DNA of 64,000 nucleotides from NCBI RefSeq assembly GCF_055900595.2, contig NZ_CM148325.1; one strand, 5' to 3'. Shown piece by piece: positions 23,748 to 33,745 of this stretch (position 1 is its first letter; each line of letters starts with the position of its first letter). The notes under the pieces were generated by a model. It saw only the letters and a program-made list of their open reading frames with translations, ran no database searches and was not told where the DNA came from. The position numbers and the translations under genes were made by a program.

Positions 23748-24203
23748 TTATTCAACACCTGAATCCCCCGCCGCTTCTCTCCCCTTTATAAAACGCCCCT
23801 TCCGGAATCCAGACCGCTGCAGTGCACGACGAAGATGACCGTATACCGTCTTGTCATTCTGCCCCGTCTCTTCTGTAATCTCCGCAATACTTAAACCTCT
23901 GTAATACCGGTTCAGTACCGCTCTGCGCTCTTCCAGCGTCAACACACCTCCGGCCGCTCTCAGATTCAGCATCGACTTATTCAGAATACAGCAGGCCTCT
24001 CCGGTAAAAAGAATACGAACAATATCTGTATACTCATCATCACAGAATACAAAATAATATCTGAATGACCTGCCTGACTGCACCCTTCTTCTGTCTGATA
24101 TGGCATCTTCTATATATCTGATTCGACTGCTTACGATTCCAAATATCTCTCGCAGGGCTTTTTCAAAATAAATATCTCTCGTCGCCAGGATTATATCCAG
24201 CAT
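23748..24203 (-). CDS. Putative HTH transcriptional regulator (sigma-70 region-4 / LuxR-like C-terminal HTH)
   Basis: 151 aa; LTLEERRAVLNRYYRGLSIAEITEETGQNDKTVYGHLRRALQR. Confidence 0.45.
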   Translation of the reverse strand: MLDIILATRDIYFEKALREIFGIVSSRIRYIEDAISDRRRVQSGRSFRYYFVFCDDEYTDIVRILFTGEACCILNKSMLNLRAAGGVLTLEERRAVLNRYYRGLSIAEITEETGQNDKTVYGHLRRALQRSGFRKGRFIKGREAAGDSGVE

Positions 24204-24831
24204 CTCTGTACCTCATTATATCCCGGGGGACTCCCCCCGGGACAGATATCTAAATCCTGACCTGTCAGAACTCAAAATTCACACCAGCATTCCACGATGC
24301 GGATGACCCACCTGCAGCAACTGCAACTTTTCCTGCCACATTCTCTGTGAAACGGTAGCCCACGCCCACCGCAATGGCCTGCTCATCACGGTAACCACCA
24401 ACGGCTGCTGTCGCGTTAAATTTTCCAACACTGTATGGCTGGAAAAGACCGGCCAGTGCCGCGCTCTGGGCTGCACTCTCCCTTAACTCCTTCCGGTTCT
24501 CTTTAATCTGCTCCTGCATATTATTCATTCTCTCTGTCGCCATCTTCTGCCAGGCTTCCGTCAAATCCAGACGATGACTGTTATTCCTTATCGCTGCTGT
24601 ATTTGAGGCTATTGCTGCATCCGTCTGCGCCCTGTTCTTCACAAGCACATCGCTGAGATGTTCTGCCTGGCTTTTCGCTTCTTTACGGGCATCCCGTACA
24701 CTTTTATCTGTATAAGCCCGGGAAACCTGAACTGTTTCATCCGCTTTTTCTTTTATTTCATCCTGAAGAGCAAGAGAAGATGCATCCGTATACGCCACCG
24801 CTGCCGATGTGCCTGCAATAATATCCCTGCT

Positions 24832-25062
24832 GAGTTCATCACGTACTGCTGTGACCTGACTGTCAGTATGAGCACGGGCATCTCTGTATACACCACCTAT
24901 CTCACCACGCAGACTGTCTCCCTCTGCCTTCAGTTCATCACGTACTGCTGTAACCTGACTGTCAGTATGAGCACGGGCATCTCTGTATACACCGCCTATC
25001 TCACCACGCAGACTGTCTCCCTCTGCCTTCAGTTCATCACGTACTGCTGTAACCTGACTGTC
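24832..25062. repeat. Tandem 99-bp (33-codon) repeats inside the adhesin stalk, about 3 copies, the last one cut by IS629
   Basis: Repeating unit agttcatcacgtactgctgt[a/g]acctgactgtcagtatgagcacgggcatctctgtatacacc...; encodes [33 protein letters not shown]. Confidence 0.8.
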
Positions 25063-25116
25063 TGAACCGCCCCGGAAATCCTGGAGACTAAACTCCCTGA
25101 GAAAGAGGTAAACAGG

Positions 25117-25443
25117 ATGACTAAAAATACTCGTTTTTCCCCCGAAGTCCGTCAGCGGGCGATTCGTATGGTTCTGGAAAGTCAGGATGAATATGACTCA
25201 CAGTGGGCGGCAATTTGTTCCATTGCTCCAAAGATTGGCTGTACGCCGGAGACTCTGCGTGTCTGGGTTCGCCAGCATGAGCGGGATACCGGGGGCGGTG
25301 ATGGTGGGCTCACCAGCGCTGAACGTCAGCGTCTGAAAGAGCTGGAACGTGAAAATCGTGAACTGCGCCGCAGTAACGATATCCTTCGCCAGGCTTCCGC
25401 TTATTTTGCGAAGGCGGAGTTCGACCGCCTCTGGAAAAAATGA
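25117..25443 (+). CDS. IS629 OrfA
   Basis: 108 aa, near-identical to copy 1 OrfA. Confidence 0.9.
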   Translation: MTKNTRFSPEVRQRAIRMVLESQDEYDSQWAAICSIAPKIGCTPETLRVWVRQHERDTGGGDGGLTSAERQRLKELERENRELRRSNDILRQASAYFAKAEFDRLWKK

Positions 25444-26330
25444 TGCCACTGCTGGATAAGCTGCGTGAGCAGTACGGGGTCGGACCGGTATGCAGCGAAC
25501 TGCATATTGCCCCGTCAACGTATTACCATTGTCAGCAACAGCGACATCATCCGGATAAACGCAGTGCCCGTGCGCAGCACGACGACTGGCTGAAGAGAGA
25601 GATACAGCGCGTATACGATGAAAATCATCAGGTGTACGGTGTGCGTAAAGTCTGGCGTCAGTTGTTACGGGAAGGAATCAGGGTGGCCAGATGTACAGTG
25701 GCACGTCTCATGGCGGTTATGGGACTTGCCGGTGTTCTCCGGGGTAAAAAGGTCCGTACGACCATCAGCCGGAAAGCCGTTGCCGCAGGCGACCGCGTAA
25801 ACCGTCAGTTCGTGGCAGAACGACCTGACCAGCTGTGGGTGGCTGATTTTACTTACGTCAGCACATGGCAGGGCTTCGTCTATGTGGCGTTTATCATTGA
25901 TGTGTTTGCCGGATACATCGTGGGGTGGCGGGTCTCATCGTCTATGGAAACGACATTCGTGCTGGATGCGCTGGAGCAGGCGTTGTGGGCCCGTCGTCCG
26001 TCTGGCACCATCCATCACAGCGATAAAGGCTCTCAGTATGTGTCACTGGCCTATACGGAGCGACTAAAAGAAGCCGGATTACTGGCATCAACAGGGAGTA
26101 CAGGCGACTCGTATGACAACGCGATGGCTGAGAGCATCAATGGTCTTTACAAAGCGGAGGTAATACACCGTAAGAGCTGGAAAAACCGTGCAGAAGTGGA
26201 ACTGGCCACACTAACGTGGGTGGACTGGTATAACAATCGACGATTGCTGGGAAGGCTGGGCCATACTCCTCCGGCAGAAGCAGAAAAAGCTTATTATGCT
26301 TCCATCGGAAACGATGATCTGGCAGCCTGA
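25440..26330 (+). CDS. IS629 OrfB (intact, 296 aa)
   Basis: [38 protein letters not shown]...[25 protein letters not shown]... (DDE integrase core). Confidence 0.9.
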   Translation: MMPLLDKLREQYGVGPVCSELHIAPSTYYHCQQQRHHPDKRSARAQHDDWLKREIQRVYDENHQVYGVRKVWRQLLREGIRVARCTVARLMAVMGLAGVLRGKKVRTTISRKAVAAGDRVNRQFVAERPDQLWVADFTYVSTWQGFVYVAFIIDVFAGYIVGWRVSSSMETTFVLDALEQALWARRPSGTIHHSDKGSQYVSLAYTERLKEAGLLASTGSTGDSYDNAMAESINGLYKAEVIHRKSWKNRAEVELATLTWVDWYNNRRLLGRLGHTPPAEAEKAYYASIGNDDLAA

Positions 26331-27368
26331 GTTCACAGATAAAACACTCTCCAGGAAACCCGGGGCGGTTCAGTCAGTATGAGCACGGGCATCTCTGTAT
26401 ACACCACCTATCTCACCGCGCAGGGCATCCCCCGACACCCGTACAGCATCTGCAATGGCGTTGTCCATCTGTCCTTTTGTGGCCGCATCACTATCCTTAA
26501 CACCATCTGAAACATTTATAATCCGGCGGGTTTCCGGTGCACCATCAACTGAAAATCCATATCCTGAAGGACCGGCCCCTACAGAAAGTACATTGCTTTC
26601 TCCATTCACCTGAGAGCCATACCCCAGAGCGACACTGTTGTCTGCATTAAAAACAGCTGTCTTATGTCCCACTGCCATGGATTTACCCGCATCCCAAATT
26701 ATTGCACCGGAACCAACAGCAAAGTTTTTTCCAGTAACATTAGTATCACCGTTAGCATTTCCATTTCTGTCAATCACACTTGCACTTTCAAGTGACTGAG
26801 TGCCATTATCAAGCCAGATAGTACCCGTCAATGGCTCAGAAAGTGTTTTATGAGCCAAAGCCTGAGATGAGAGCAGCAGGGCCACACTCACTGCCAGCGC
26901 GCTTTTCTTTAAAAAAGCATCACGTCTTTTAAGCATTCTGTTATTCTCCTGTATTATTACTTCACCAGCCAGAACGGTAGTGCGGAGCAAAAATACAGTG
27001 ATAAGAATCCTCTCTTATTAACTTAATAATGCCAGGAATATTATTGTGTATAATATGCGACCTCAATTTAAGCAGCAGAAAACGACTGGCATTAAAATCA
27101 TTAAATTATAAACATATACAACTTTGTAAAGGTGGTTATAATAAACCTGATTACTTTAACGTCTGTATACCTGCACTGCTGATATCACAAAACAATAAAA
27201 ATCCTGGTTAATATCTCTGATGATTGAATGAGAAATTCACGATGTCTGGTGAGAATTCTGTTCAAAACGAGGAATGCAGACGTACATGTGGCAGGCATGG
27301 ACTTCTACCAATTTAACTTTTTTCCTTCCTTGTATTTACACATTGCACATTTTGCGCTACAAAAATTT

Positions 27369-27455
27369 CACGTGGCACGCACCACGTGATCCGTAGAAAA
27401 GCCTCTTGTTACGAATTTCGTAAACCGCACGTCTGTCTGGTCGTGCGGATTTTTT
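27369..27455 (+). ncRNA. Candidate small RNA (5' stem-loop plus intrinsic terminator), speculative
   Basis: cacgtgg-cacgcac-cacgtg hairpin at 27369-27389, then ccgcacg-tctgtctggt-cgtgcgg + ATTTTTTA at 27425-27455; no ORF of 60 aa or more. Confidence 0.25.
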
Positions 27456-27649
27456 ATCCGTCAACTTCACATGAAACCCGCCAGAGCACTGTTTCCGGAT
27501 TCAGACATCAGGCATATTATCATCCACGATGTCGTGAACAAGATCACACTTTTGCAATTCCTTTATTGATCGAAAGCAGTTAATCACGGAAATTAATTAC
27601 CGGAGTGAAAGCATTACTGCATCGTAAATATCTACCATTTTTGACTACA

Positions 27650-27679
27650 CCCTCTGACAGAATTTTCAGAGGGTTTTTT
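27650..27679 (+). terminator. Intrinsic terminator
   Basis: ccctctga-cagaattt-tcagaggg followed by TTTTTT. Confidence 0.5.
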
Positions 27680-27759
27680 ATCAGTTTCACCATCCAACCC
27701 TGTACGCCAGAATGGTTTCACTGTCACTCAGTTCTGCTATTGCCTTTTTCATCTCCCTT

Positions 27760-27900
27760 TACCTTACGTTCTGCCAGAGTCTGAGCCATTTGAACAGGAG
27801 GTTATCATTGATATCGTGTTCCCGGGCAATACGGGCAACAGAGGCTCCTGGTTGCAAAACCAGTTTAACCATTTGAAGTTTAACTCATTTGAAAATGATC
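27760..27900 (-). pseudogene. IS66-family orf1 N-terminal fragment
   Basis: Minus translation ...LQPGASVARIAREHDINDNLLFKWLRLWQNVR* parallels the orf1 at 276-655. Confidence 0.4.
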
Positions 27901-28135
27901 TGCGGGGTTCTGCGGATAATGTTTTTGCTCCATAACAGGCGCCCACCAGTTTGAAAAGGTGGGCACCTACGTTACCAATACTGGCTTAATGGATACATAC
28001 GGCGGTCGGTTCTTACGGTAAAACGACACAACCAAACGCTTCTTATCCTGCAATGAACTGCTTTATTACCGAGTTTAGTGACCGCACAGACACTCACTTT
28101 TAAGAAAAACAGAATGGTAAACAAACTCCATGAAT

Positions 28136-28312
28136 TACAATAGCTCTCTGGCTGCCGCCACAATAGCTTGCGCGGTTAACCCGTACTCTCTCTGTAAAAA
28201 GTCCTGAGTTTCAACCTGGCCATACCGCTCTTTAACCCCCACCCGACGCATGGGCACAGGACAAGTTTCTACAAGCACTTCAGCAACTGCTGAACCTAAT
28301 CCATTATGAATA
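28136..28312 (-). pseudogene. Transketolase C-terminal-domain gene fragment (3' end only), cut by the IS1-like element
   Basis: Minus translation ...IHNGLGSAVAEVLVETCPVPMRRVGVKERYGQVETQDFLQREYGLTAQAIVAAARELL*. Confidence 0.5.
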
Positions 28313-28314
28313 CG

Positions 28315-29075
28315 GTAATGACTCCAATTAGTTGAATTAGGAGTATAATAGCCACTTTTAAGGTTCTTTCATGGTCACAGTTAACCTTCATTGCTCCTGT
28401 TGCCAGTCCGTTCAGGTTTACCGTCACGGGAAGAACCCAAAGGACATGATCGATTTCGCTGCCGTGACTGTCATCGAGTGCTTCAGCTCACTTACCGTTA
28501 CGAGGCCCGTAAACCGGGAGTTAAAGAGCAAATCACTGAAATGGCTTTCAACGGTGCCGGAGTTCGCGATACTGCCCGTACGCTGAAAATCGGCATTAAT
28601 ACTGTCATCCGGACTTTAAAAAACTCTCGCCACGAAGAATAACGTCATACCCGGTCGCTCATGCTGATATGGCACTCATCTGCGAACTTGATGAGCAATG
28701 GAGTTTTGTCGGCAGTAAAGCGCGACAGCACTGGCTCTGGTACACGTACAACACGAAAACTGGTGGCGTTCTGGCCTACACTTTTGGCCTACGGACTGAT
28801 TAAACCTGTCGTGAATTGCTGGCGCTGCTTGCCCTTTTACCATCGGTATGTTGACCACTGACGAATGGGGTAGTTACACCAGAGAGTTACCGAAGGAGAA
28901 GCATCTGACTGGTAAGATTTTTACTCAGCGCATTGAGCGCAACATCTACCTCTGAGAACCCGAATCAAACGTCTGGCCCGCAGAACTATCTGTTTCTCGC
29001 GCTCTGTAGAACTTCATGAAAAAGTCATCGGTGCCTTTATCGAAAAATATATGTTCTACTAATTGGAGTCACCAC
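28315..29075 (+). mobile_element. Degenerate IS1-family element (divergent IS1 variant; insA frameshifted, insB disrupted)
   Basis: Ends ggtaatgactccaattag... / ...ctaattggagtcaccacc; InsA-like ...CRDCHRVLQLTYRYEARKPGVKEQITEMAFNGAGVRDTARTLKIGINTVIRTLKN; InsB-like frames broken by stops; no target duplication. Confidence 0.7.
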
Positions 29076-29431
29076 CTTCGTTTGTTTAAAGAACCTGCTG
29101 GTCCTGCCATTAATATTACCTGCTGATTGCTTCACATCCGGATTCCTCGCACTGCGCGCGGGTTATTGTTTCGTTTTCGGCCACGGGGTCGCCAGGGCTC
29201 TGTTTGCAGGCCATGATGGCCTGACCTGTACTGTTTCTCAGGCACTGAGATGTCCGTTTACGCCATTTGTTCCCTGCCCCTCTGTCTGATAACGAATACG
29301 CTCACAACGCACAGTACTGAACAATACCGACAACAACATGTCTTACATGAAATTCGCTGTAACATCCACCGGAAAACATTTTCAGATATCGGATGAGGTA
29401 CTACTTCCATTGACAGCGCGAGGTAACAAAA

Positions 29432-29943
29432 TTGATGGTAACTCTGACCATTAACCGTAAACCGCAGGGTATTTTCAGTAAATCACCGGCAACGCCGCTG
29501 CAGGATAAAACGGACACAGCATACAAAATGAAGGCCGGTGACCAGATACCACAGTTGAACGATAAACAGAAACCTGCTGATAAAACACCGTGGCGACATG
29601 ACAAAACGCCAGAGCAAAAACCGTAAGCGCATTATTCGTCTTGTGGAACTCTGGCCTGAGTCATTCAACCGGGAAAAAAACAAAACCACTTAAAGTGGGG
29701 ATACCTGACGACCTGATACAGGATATCGCCATCCGAGAACTGGCGTTTGGCGCTGGTACATTACATGCAGCAGTGGCGTCTTATGTGCAGTCTCCGCGCT
29801 ATTACCGTGCGTTAATAGCAGGTGGCGCCCGTTACAACCTGAACGGTCAGCCGTGCGGGGAAGTGACACCACAGGAACAGAAAGAGGCAGAGACCCGTTT
29901 AATGATGCTGAATGACCGACGAAAAGACAGAAAACCTCGTTGA
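29432..29943 (+). pseudogene. FinO/ProQ-domain RNA-chaperone-like gene, frameshifted (one shift in an A7 tract at 29674-29680)
   Basis: Frame 0 ...LVELWPESFNREKNK then frame +1 KPLKVGIPDDLIQDIAIRELAFGAGTLHAAVASYVQSPRYYRALIAGGARYNLNGQPCGEVTPQEQ..., matching the ProQ/FinO core (PLKIGI ... Y..S.RY ... G.PCGE). Confidence 0.6.
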
Positions 29944-29960
29944 CTGCACAACAGCGCTGT

Positions 29961-30755
29961 TCACTGAGCTGTAATCAATGTACAGCGCTGTACCGGGCGA
30001 TGGGTAATACCGGTCACAACCGGTAACCCCAGAGACAATGCAACTGTTTTTAACGCAATATACTGGCCGGATGTATCACCCCGGGCAGCCTGAAAACACC
30101 TTTCCACCCGGCATTGTCCGTCAGCACTTATCACCCGCCATGTCTGTTGCAATAAATCCACCCGTTGCGAACATTCTTCATCAACCGTGGCACTGACCCG
30201 TGGATGGCAAATGCTCGTCTGGCTGAGCAGCAACAGGCATCGCATTGTTGCTCCTCCATGTTGTTCCCGCAACCAGCGTAATACCACCGGTGGTGCTGGA
30301 CTGGCCGTGTGATTACGTTCAGTAATACGCTCGTGCACCTGTCGGTAAAAGGAAGTACAGAATGCATGAATCTGTTGTCCGTTGATGTTTCCTTCTGCCG
30401 AATGGAGTGTGAAGTGGACGGCCAGCAGACGCGGCCAGTGATCCACCGCCTGCTGAATAAAACGCCGGATTTCCACCGGCTCTGAAAGTACGGTTTCGGT
30501 TATTTGCACGATTTGATCCCCTTGAATGTTGCTGAACCGGTGTCGGTACGCAGGAAAGCACGCCGAGACCGGTACGATGCCTGTTACAGCGAAGAACGAG
30601 GAATGACAGACGGGGGCAGCAGGTCGCCAGCACCAGGGACAGGGCTGATTTCCACAATACCAACGCTGGTATTTTGCACATTGCCAGCGTACCGGCATTA
30701 CAACACGTTTCATGCTGCTGCCCCTCGTGATGCCTCGATTCGTTGCTGCATCCAC
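29961..30755 (-). CDS. Divergent YagK/YfjJ (inovirus Gp2-like) family paralog; true start uncertain (overlaps AlpA-like ORF)
   Basis: ...PVEIRRFIQQAVDHWPRLLAVHFTLH...VVLRWLREQHGGATMRCLLLL... parallels ...LIRVDLRFP...LRYFWCREFGKEKGRKHYHVILLL... of the 31944-32675 paralog. Confidence 0.4.
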   Translation of the reverse strand: MDAATNRGITRGSSMKRVVMPVRWQCAKYQRWYCGNQPCPWCWRPAAPVCHSSFFAVTGIVPVSACFPAYRHRFSNIQGDQIVQITETVLSEPVEIRRFIQQAVDHWPRLLAVHFTLHSAEGNINGQQIHAFCTSFYRQVHERITERNHTASPAPPVVLRWLREQHGGATMRCLLLLSQTSICHPRVSATVDEECSQRVDLLQQTWRVISADGQCRVERCFQAARGDTSGQYIALKTVALSLGLPVVTGITHRPVQRCTLITAQ

Positions 30756-30946
30756 TGCTCCACTTCACTTTTGTACCAGCGGCTGCTGCGCCCCAGTTTG
30801 ATGGGTTTAGGGAAATGGCCTTCACTGATCAGCTTGTAAAACCATTTGTCGGTCATACCAGTGAAGCTGGTGATGTAGTTCATGTCGATCAGGGGATCGT
30901 CGGCACGCAGCAATACGCTGTCGTGACCTGTCATTGAGGTCAACAT
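30710..30946 (-). CDS. AlpA-family phage/island transcriptional regulator (MerR-like HTH)
   Basis: ...LIDMNYITSFTGMTDKWFYKLISEGHFPKPIKLGRSSRWYKSEVEQWMQQR. Confidence 0.7.
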   Translation of the reverse strand: MLTSMTGHDSVLLRADDPLIDMNYITSFTGMTDKWFYKLISEGHFPKPIKLGRSSRWYKSEVEQWMQQRIEASRGAAA

Positions 30947-31014
30947 GGTCAGAATGTCCTCTGTGAGATTTATGAATGTTGGGCAAATGCGGGTGAATCT
31001 GCTGAGCTGAGCTT

Positions 31015-31617
31015 TCAGAGCTGGCCTGCTACGGGATACCAGGGATTACCGGCGAGGTAACGGGCTTCCGGATCGCGCACACCACGACGATCGCGGGCGA
31101 AATCACTGAACGCCCATATCAGCTCTTTGAGTCTCTCTTCGCAGTCCGGTGAACAACTGTCCAGCACCACATCCCGGGTTATCTGTTTCTGGTACGGTGC
31201 TGCTTCACCCGGTGCCGCGAAGCCCAGTACGTTGCTCCAGGCATCCAGTATCAACCGGTCCAGCTCAGGGCCGTCGAAATATTCCTGTCTGACGCACAGC
31301 ACCACGTGGTATTCCGGTTTTTAAGGATGACGGGTCAGGAGCCAGCAGAGGTCGCGTCCGGGGGTTGCATTCATCAGCGCACTGACGGTTTCGATAAAGG
31401 CCATACCGAACCAGGTTTTTCTGTCGCTGAAGATGTTGCCATGTTCCCCCGGCAGACGAAGCAGGATCCGCCGTATCCTGGAGCCGGACTGCTCGCGCAA
31501 CACACGGTTGAGAACGCCGATGATTTTGTTCTGATAAGATGGCCAGAAGGGCGCCATGCTATAGTCGAAATAAGGGATAGCATTCATAAGATATGTTCCG
31601 TTATACGCAGCCCACAA
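31015..31617 (-). pseudogene. YagK/YfjJ-family paralog with in-frame TAA (31321-31323) and degraded 5' end
   Basis: Two same-frame ORFs (31321-31617 and 31015-31305) separated by one stop; the region upstream of the current start retains homology to the 5' end of the 31944-32675 paralog. Confidence 0.6.
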
Positions 31618-31943
31618 CGCGTCCTGCCCGTGGATGCGCTGACGTGTTATGGCTTGCGTATGGGGTTGATGGAATAAGTGAAAAACCGCGGCAGAACGGG
31701 AAGATCAGGTAACCGACAAGGGACAGAACACCGGATGCAGGTTCAGAATGAATGATCTCCGTTGACTTCGGTTCACATCATTAAGCAGGACAGTAAGGTT
31801 TTACCGACGGAGTGTTTCCAGGAGCGAAAGCAGAGAAAAATACCGTTGCATGACTTCAGGACGACTTTTTCAGAAAACGAGCTAAGGGCGTCAGCCAACG
31901 TCCTGTAGCATAAGCTCAGGCACCGGATGTCGTTTTACAGGGC

Positions 31944-32675
31944 TCACCTGCCATCCAGCAGACGCCCCGGCCCACGACTGCAACCATAATTACGTTGCCC
32001 GGAACCGTCATGCTGCTTCGTCTCATATTTCACGAGATAACTGGCTCTGTTCCGGGCTTTCTGCAGCGCTTCCACATCACCACGCTTGATCCAGAGAACA
32101 GCGGCTTCACCCGGCTTTTTTTCTGAAGCCTTCCTGGTATCAGAACATCCACCCGACAAAGGCGTGTCATCGGAAGAAGGGCGAGCATCAGACGATGCTG
32201 GTTTACGGGAAGGCGTCCACCTGGAAAAATGGACCAGGCCATCGCCTTGCCAGGCCTCAAGATGCAGGGCGCTGCACCATGCCTCCAGGATCATCGTCGC
32301 CAGCGAAGATGGTTCGCTGAAATCCCCTGGCGAGCACCAGGTATCTTTGTTGAGCAGCAATATCACGTGATAATGTTTCCTGCCTTTTTCCTTGCCAAAC
32401 TCCCGACACCAGAAATAACGCAGAGTGGTTGCACGCACACGCTTGTTGGCACGTCGTTTTTTCCGCTGGTAAGCCTGGATTTTGGCTTTCAGGGATTCGA
32501 AAAAACGAGAAATCACCGCTGAATCCGGATCGGGATCCATGATGGTGACAGGCATATACTCAGGGAAACGTAAATCCACCCGGATTAACGAGACGGCACG
32601 GTGCTGCGACAGGGCACTGTCGAGAAGGCTGTCAAAACGGGATAACCAGTAAGCATTGTGTATTGGTTGATTCAT
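31944..32675 (-). CDS. YagK/YfjJ (inovirus Gp2-like) family protein
   Basis: 243 aa; ...AVSLIRVDLRFPEYMP...TTLRYFWCREFGKEKGRKHYHVILLLNKD... Confidence 0.7.
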   Translation of the reverse strand: MNQPIHNAYWLSRFDSLLDSALSQHRAVSLIRVDLRFPEYMPVTIMDPDPDSAVISRFFESLKAKIQAYQRKKRRANKRVRATTLRYFWCREFGKEKGRKHYHVILLLNKDTWCSPGDFSEPSSLATMILEAWCSALHLEAWQGDGLVHFSRWTPSRKPASSDARPSSDDTPLSGGCSDTRKASEKKPGEAAVLWIKRGDVEALQKARNRASYLVKYETKQHDGSGQRNYGCSRGPGRLLDGR

Positions 32676-33589
32676 GATGAGAGATCTCCGTTGATTTGGA
32701 TTGACTTCACATCATTAATCACCGCGGTAAAACTTTACGGCATCATGTCATTAAGCAATGCTACAACTCTCTGATTAAGAGTGATTGAAACGGAACAAAC
32801 CATCCCGGAACGAAAAGATAATCCTGCACACAGCAGCAAAACACGCAACAACAGCATGAATGGATTTAAAAACGACATGGACGACGAGAAAAGCCTGAAG
32901 GGAAAAGGATCCACAGAACATTCGAACAAAACACCAGAAACGCAACCAGAACGCTTCCTGGCAATGCAAATCAACAACAACGCCAAAACCTACAGCTTAA
33001 TCACACAACTCAATCACGAATGCGAATGACACGTTTAAAACCTGTTTACAGATAACGCCGTAACACGATCATCCCCATCACCATCAGAATCGATTTTCTC
33101 ATCCCGAAAATGTTACGTTTCACTACGCACCATAAAAACGGTTAACCATCGATAACGTAAACCTTATCTGAATCAAAAACACCAAAACCGTTCATCACAC
33201 TTTCGCAATGCAAGAAGAAACCTCATGACAAAAAGAATGACCTTACACGGAAAAGAAAACGTCAGGAATCGTTAATGCCTCAATCTGATTGTTATCAAAA
33301 CATCCAGAAAGTCGTTTAACAGAATCGTCGTAAGCACATCGAAAAGAACGTCAGATCACCTCAGGAAAGTTCGGGTTGATTTAGCGTAAAGATACTTTTC
33401 TCAGCTTAACGTCGAAACACAAACCAAAAACCACAAACAACCAAAGCTCAGGAAAGGTTAAACGTCACATCAGTAAAATCGAATAGCAGATTGATTGCTT
33501 AAACAGGAAGGATTGTTTTACAGCAGCATTAAACTGATTTAGTTAACGTAAAATCAGAACTGACAGGTTTACTAACTTGGATGTGTATC

Positions 33590-33745
33590 AGTTCAAAAAT
33601 GTGTACAGCAATGCGTAATGAAACACATTTAAAGGAGATTAATGGGAAAGTGTGTAAATGCGTAAACAGGCACTAATGAATCACTGGAGGAATACATACA
33701 AAACGACTTAATGAAAACATAAAAGGACCTAATGGAAAAGGTGTA
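33590..33745. repeat. Cluster of five TAATG(R)(R)A direct repeats plus two ~22-bp imperfect repeats (iteron-like) inside a 1.5-kb ORF-free region
   Basis: TAATG at 33616, 33640, 33674, 33709, 33730; tgtgtacagcaatgcgtaatgaaacac vs tgtgtaaatgcgtaaacaggcac. Confidence 0.6.

Larger units (their letters stand above)
25063..26372 (+). mobile_element. IS629 copy 2 (1310 bp) with 3-bp target duplication GTC
   Basis: Same termini as copy 1; GTC at 25060-25062 and 26373-26375. Confidence 0.9.
24265..26990 (-). pseudogene. YadA/Eib-like trimeric autotransporter adhesin gene split by IS629
   Basis: N-part 26373-26990 (signal peptide MLKRRDAFLKKSALAVSVALLLSSQALA, head repeats); C-part 24265-25062 (33-aa stalk repeats, membrane anchor ending ...WNAGVNFEF); in frame across the insertion; predicted intact length ~470 aa. 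Confidence 0.75.

Noticed and set aside
24658-25065. Plus-strand 135-aa ORF with internally repeated sequence
   Set aside because: An artefact of reading the 99-bp tandem repeats of the minus-strand adhesin gene in the opposite strand.
30131-30839. Overlapping ORFs on both strands near AlpA (30131-30367, 30319-30825, 30504-30839)
   Set aside because: GC-rich overlap region; only the frame with YfjJ-family similarity and the AlpA frame have recognisable motifs.
32781-33029. 82-aa low-complexity ORF (K/N/E/T-rich) in the ORF-free region
   Set aside because: Consequence of A/C-rich skewed composition; no RBS or conserved motif; kept only as part of the non-coding-region finding.
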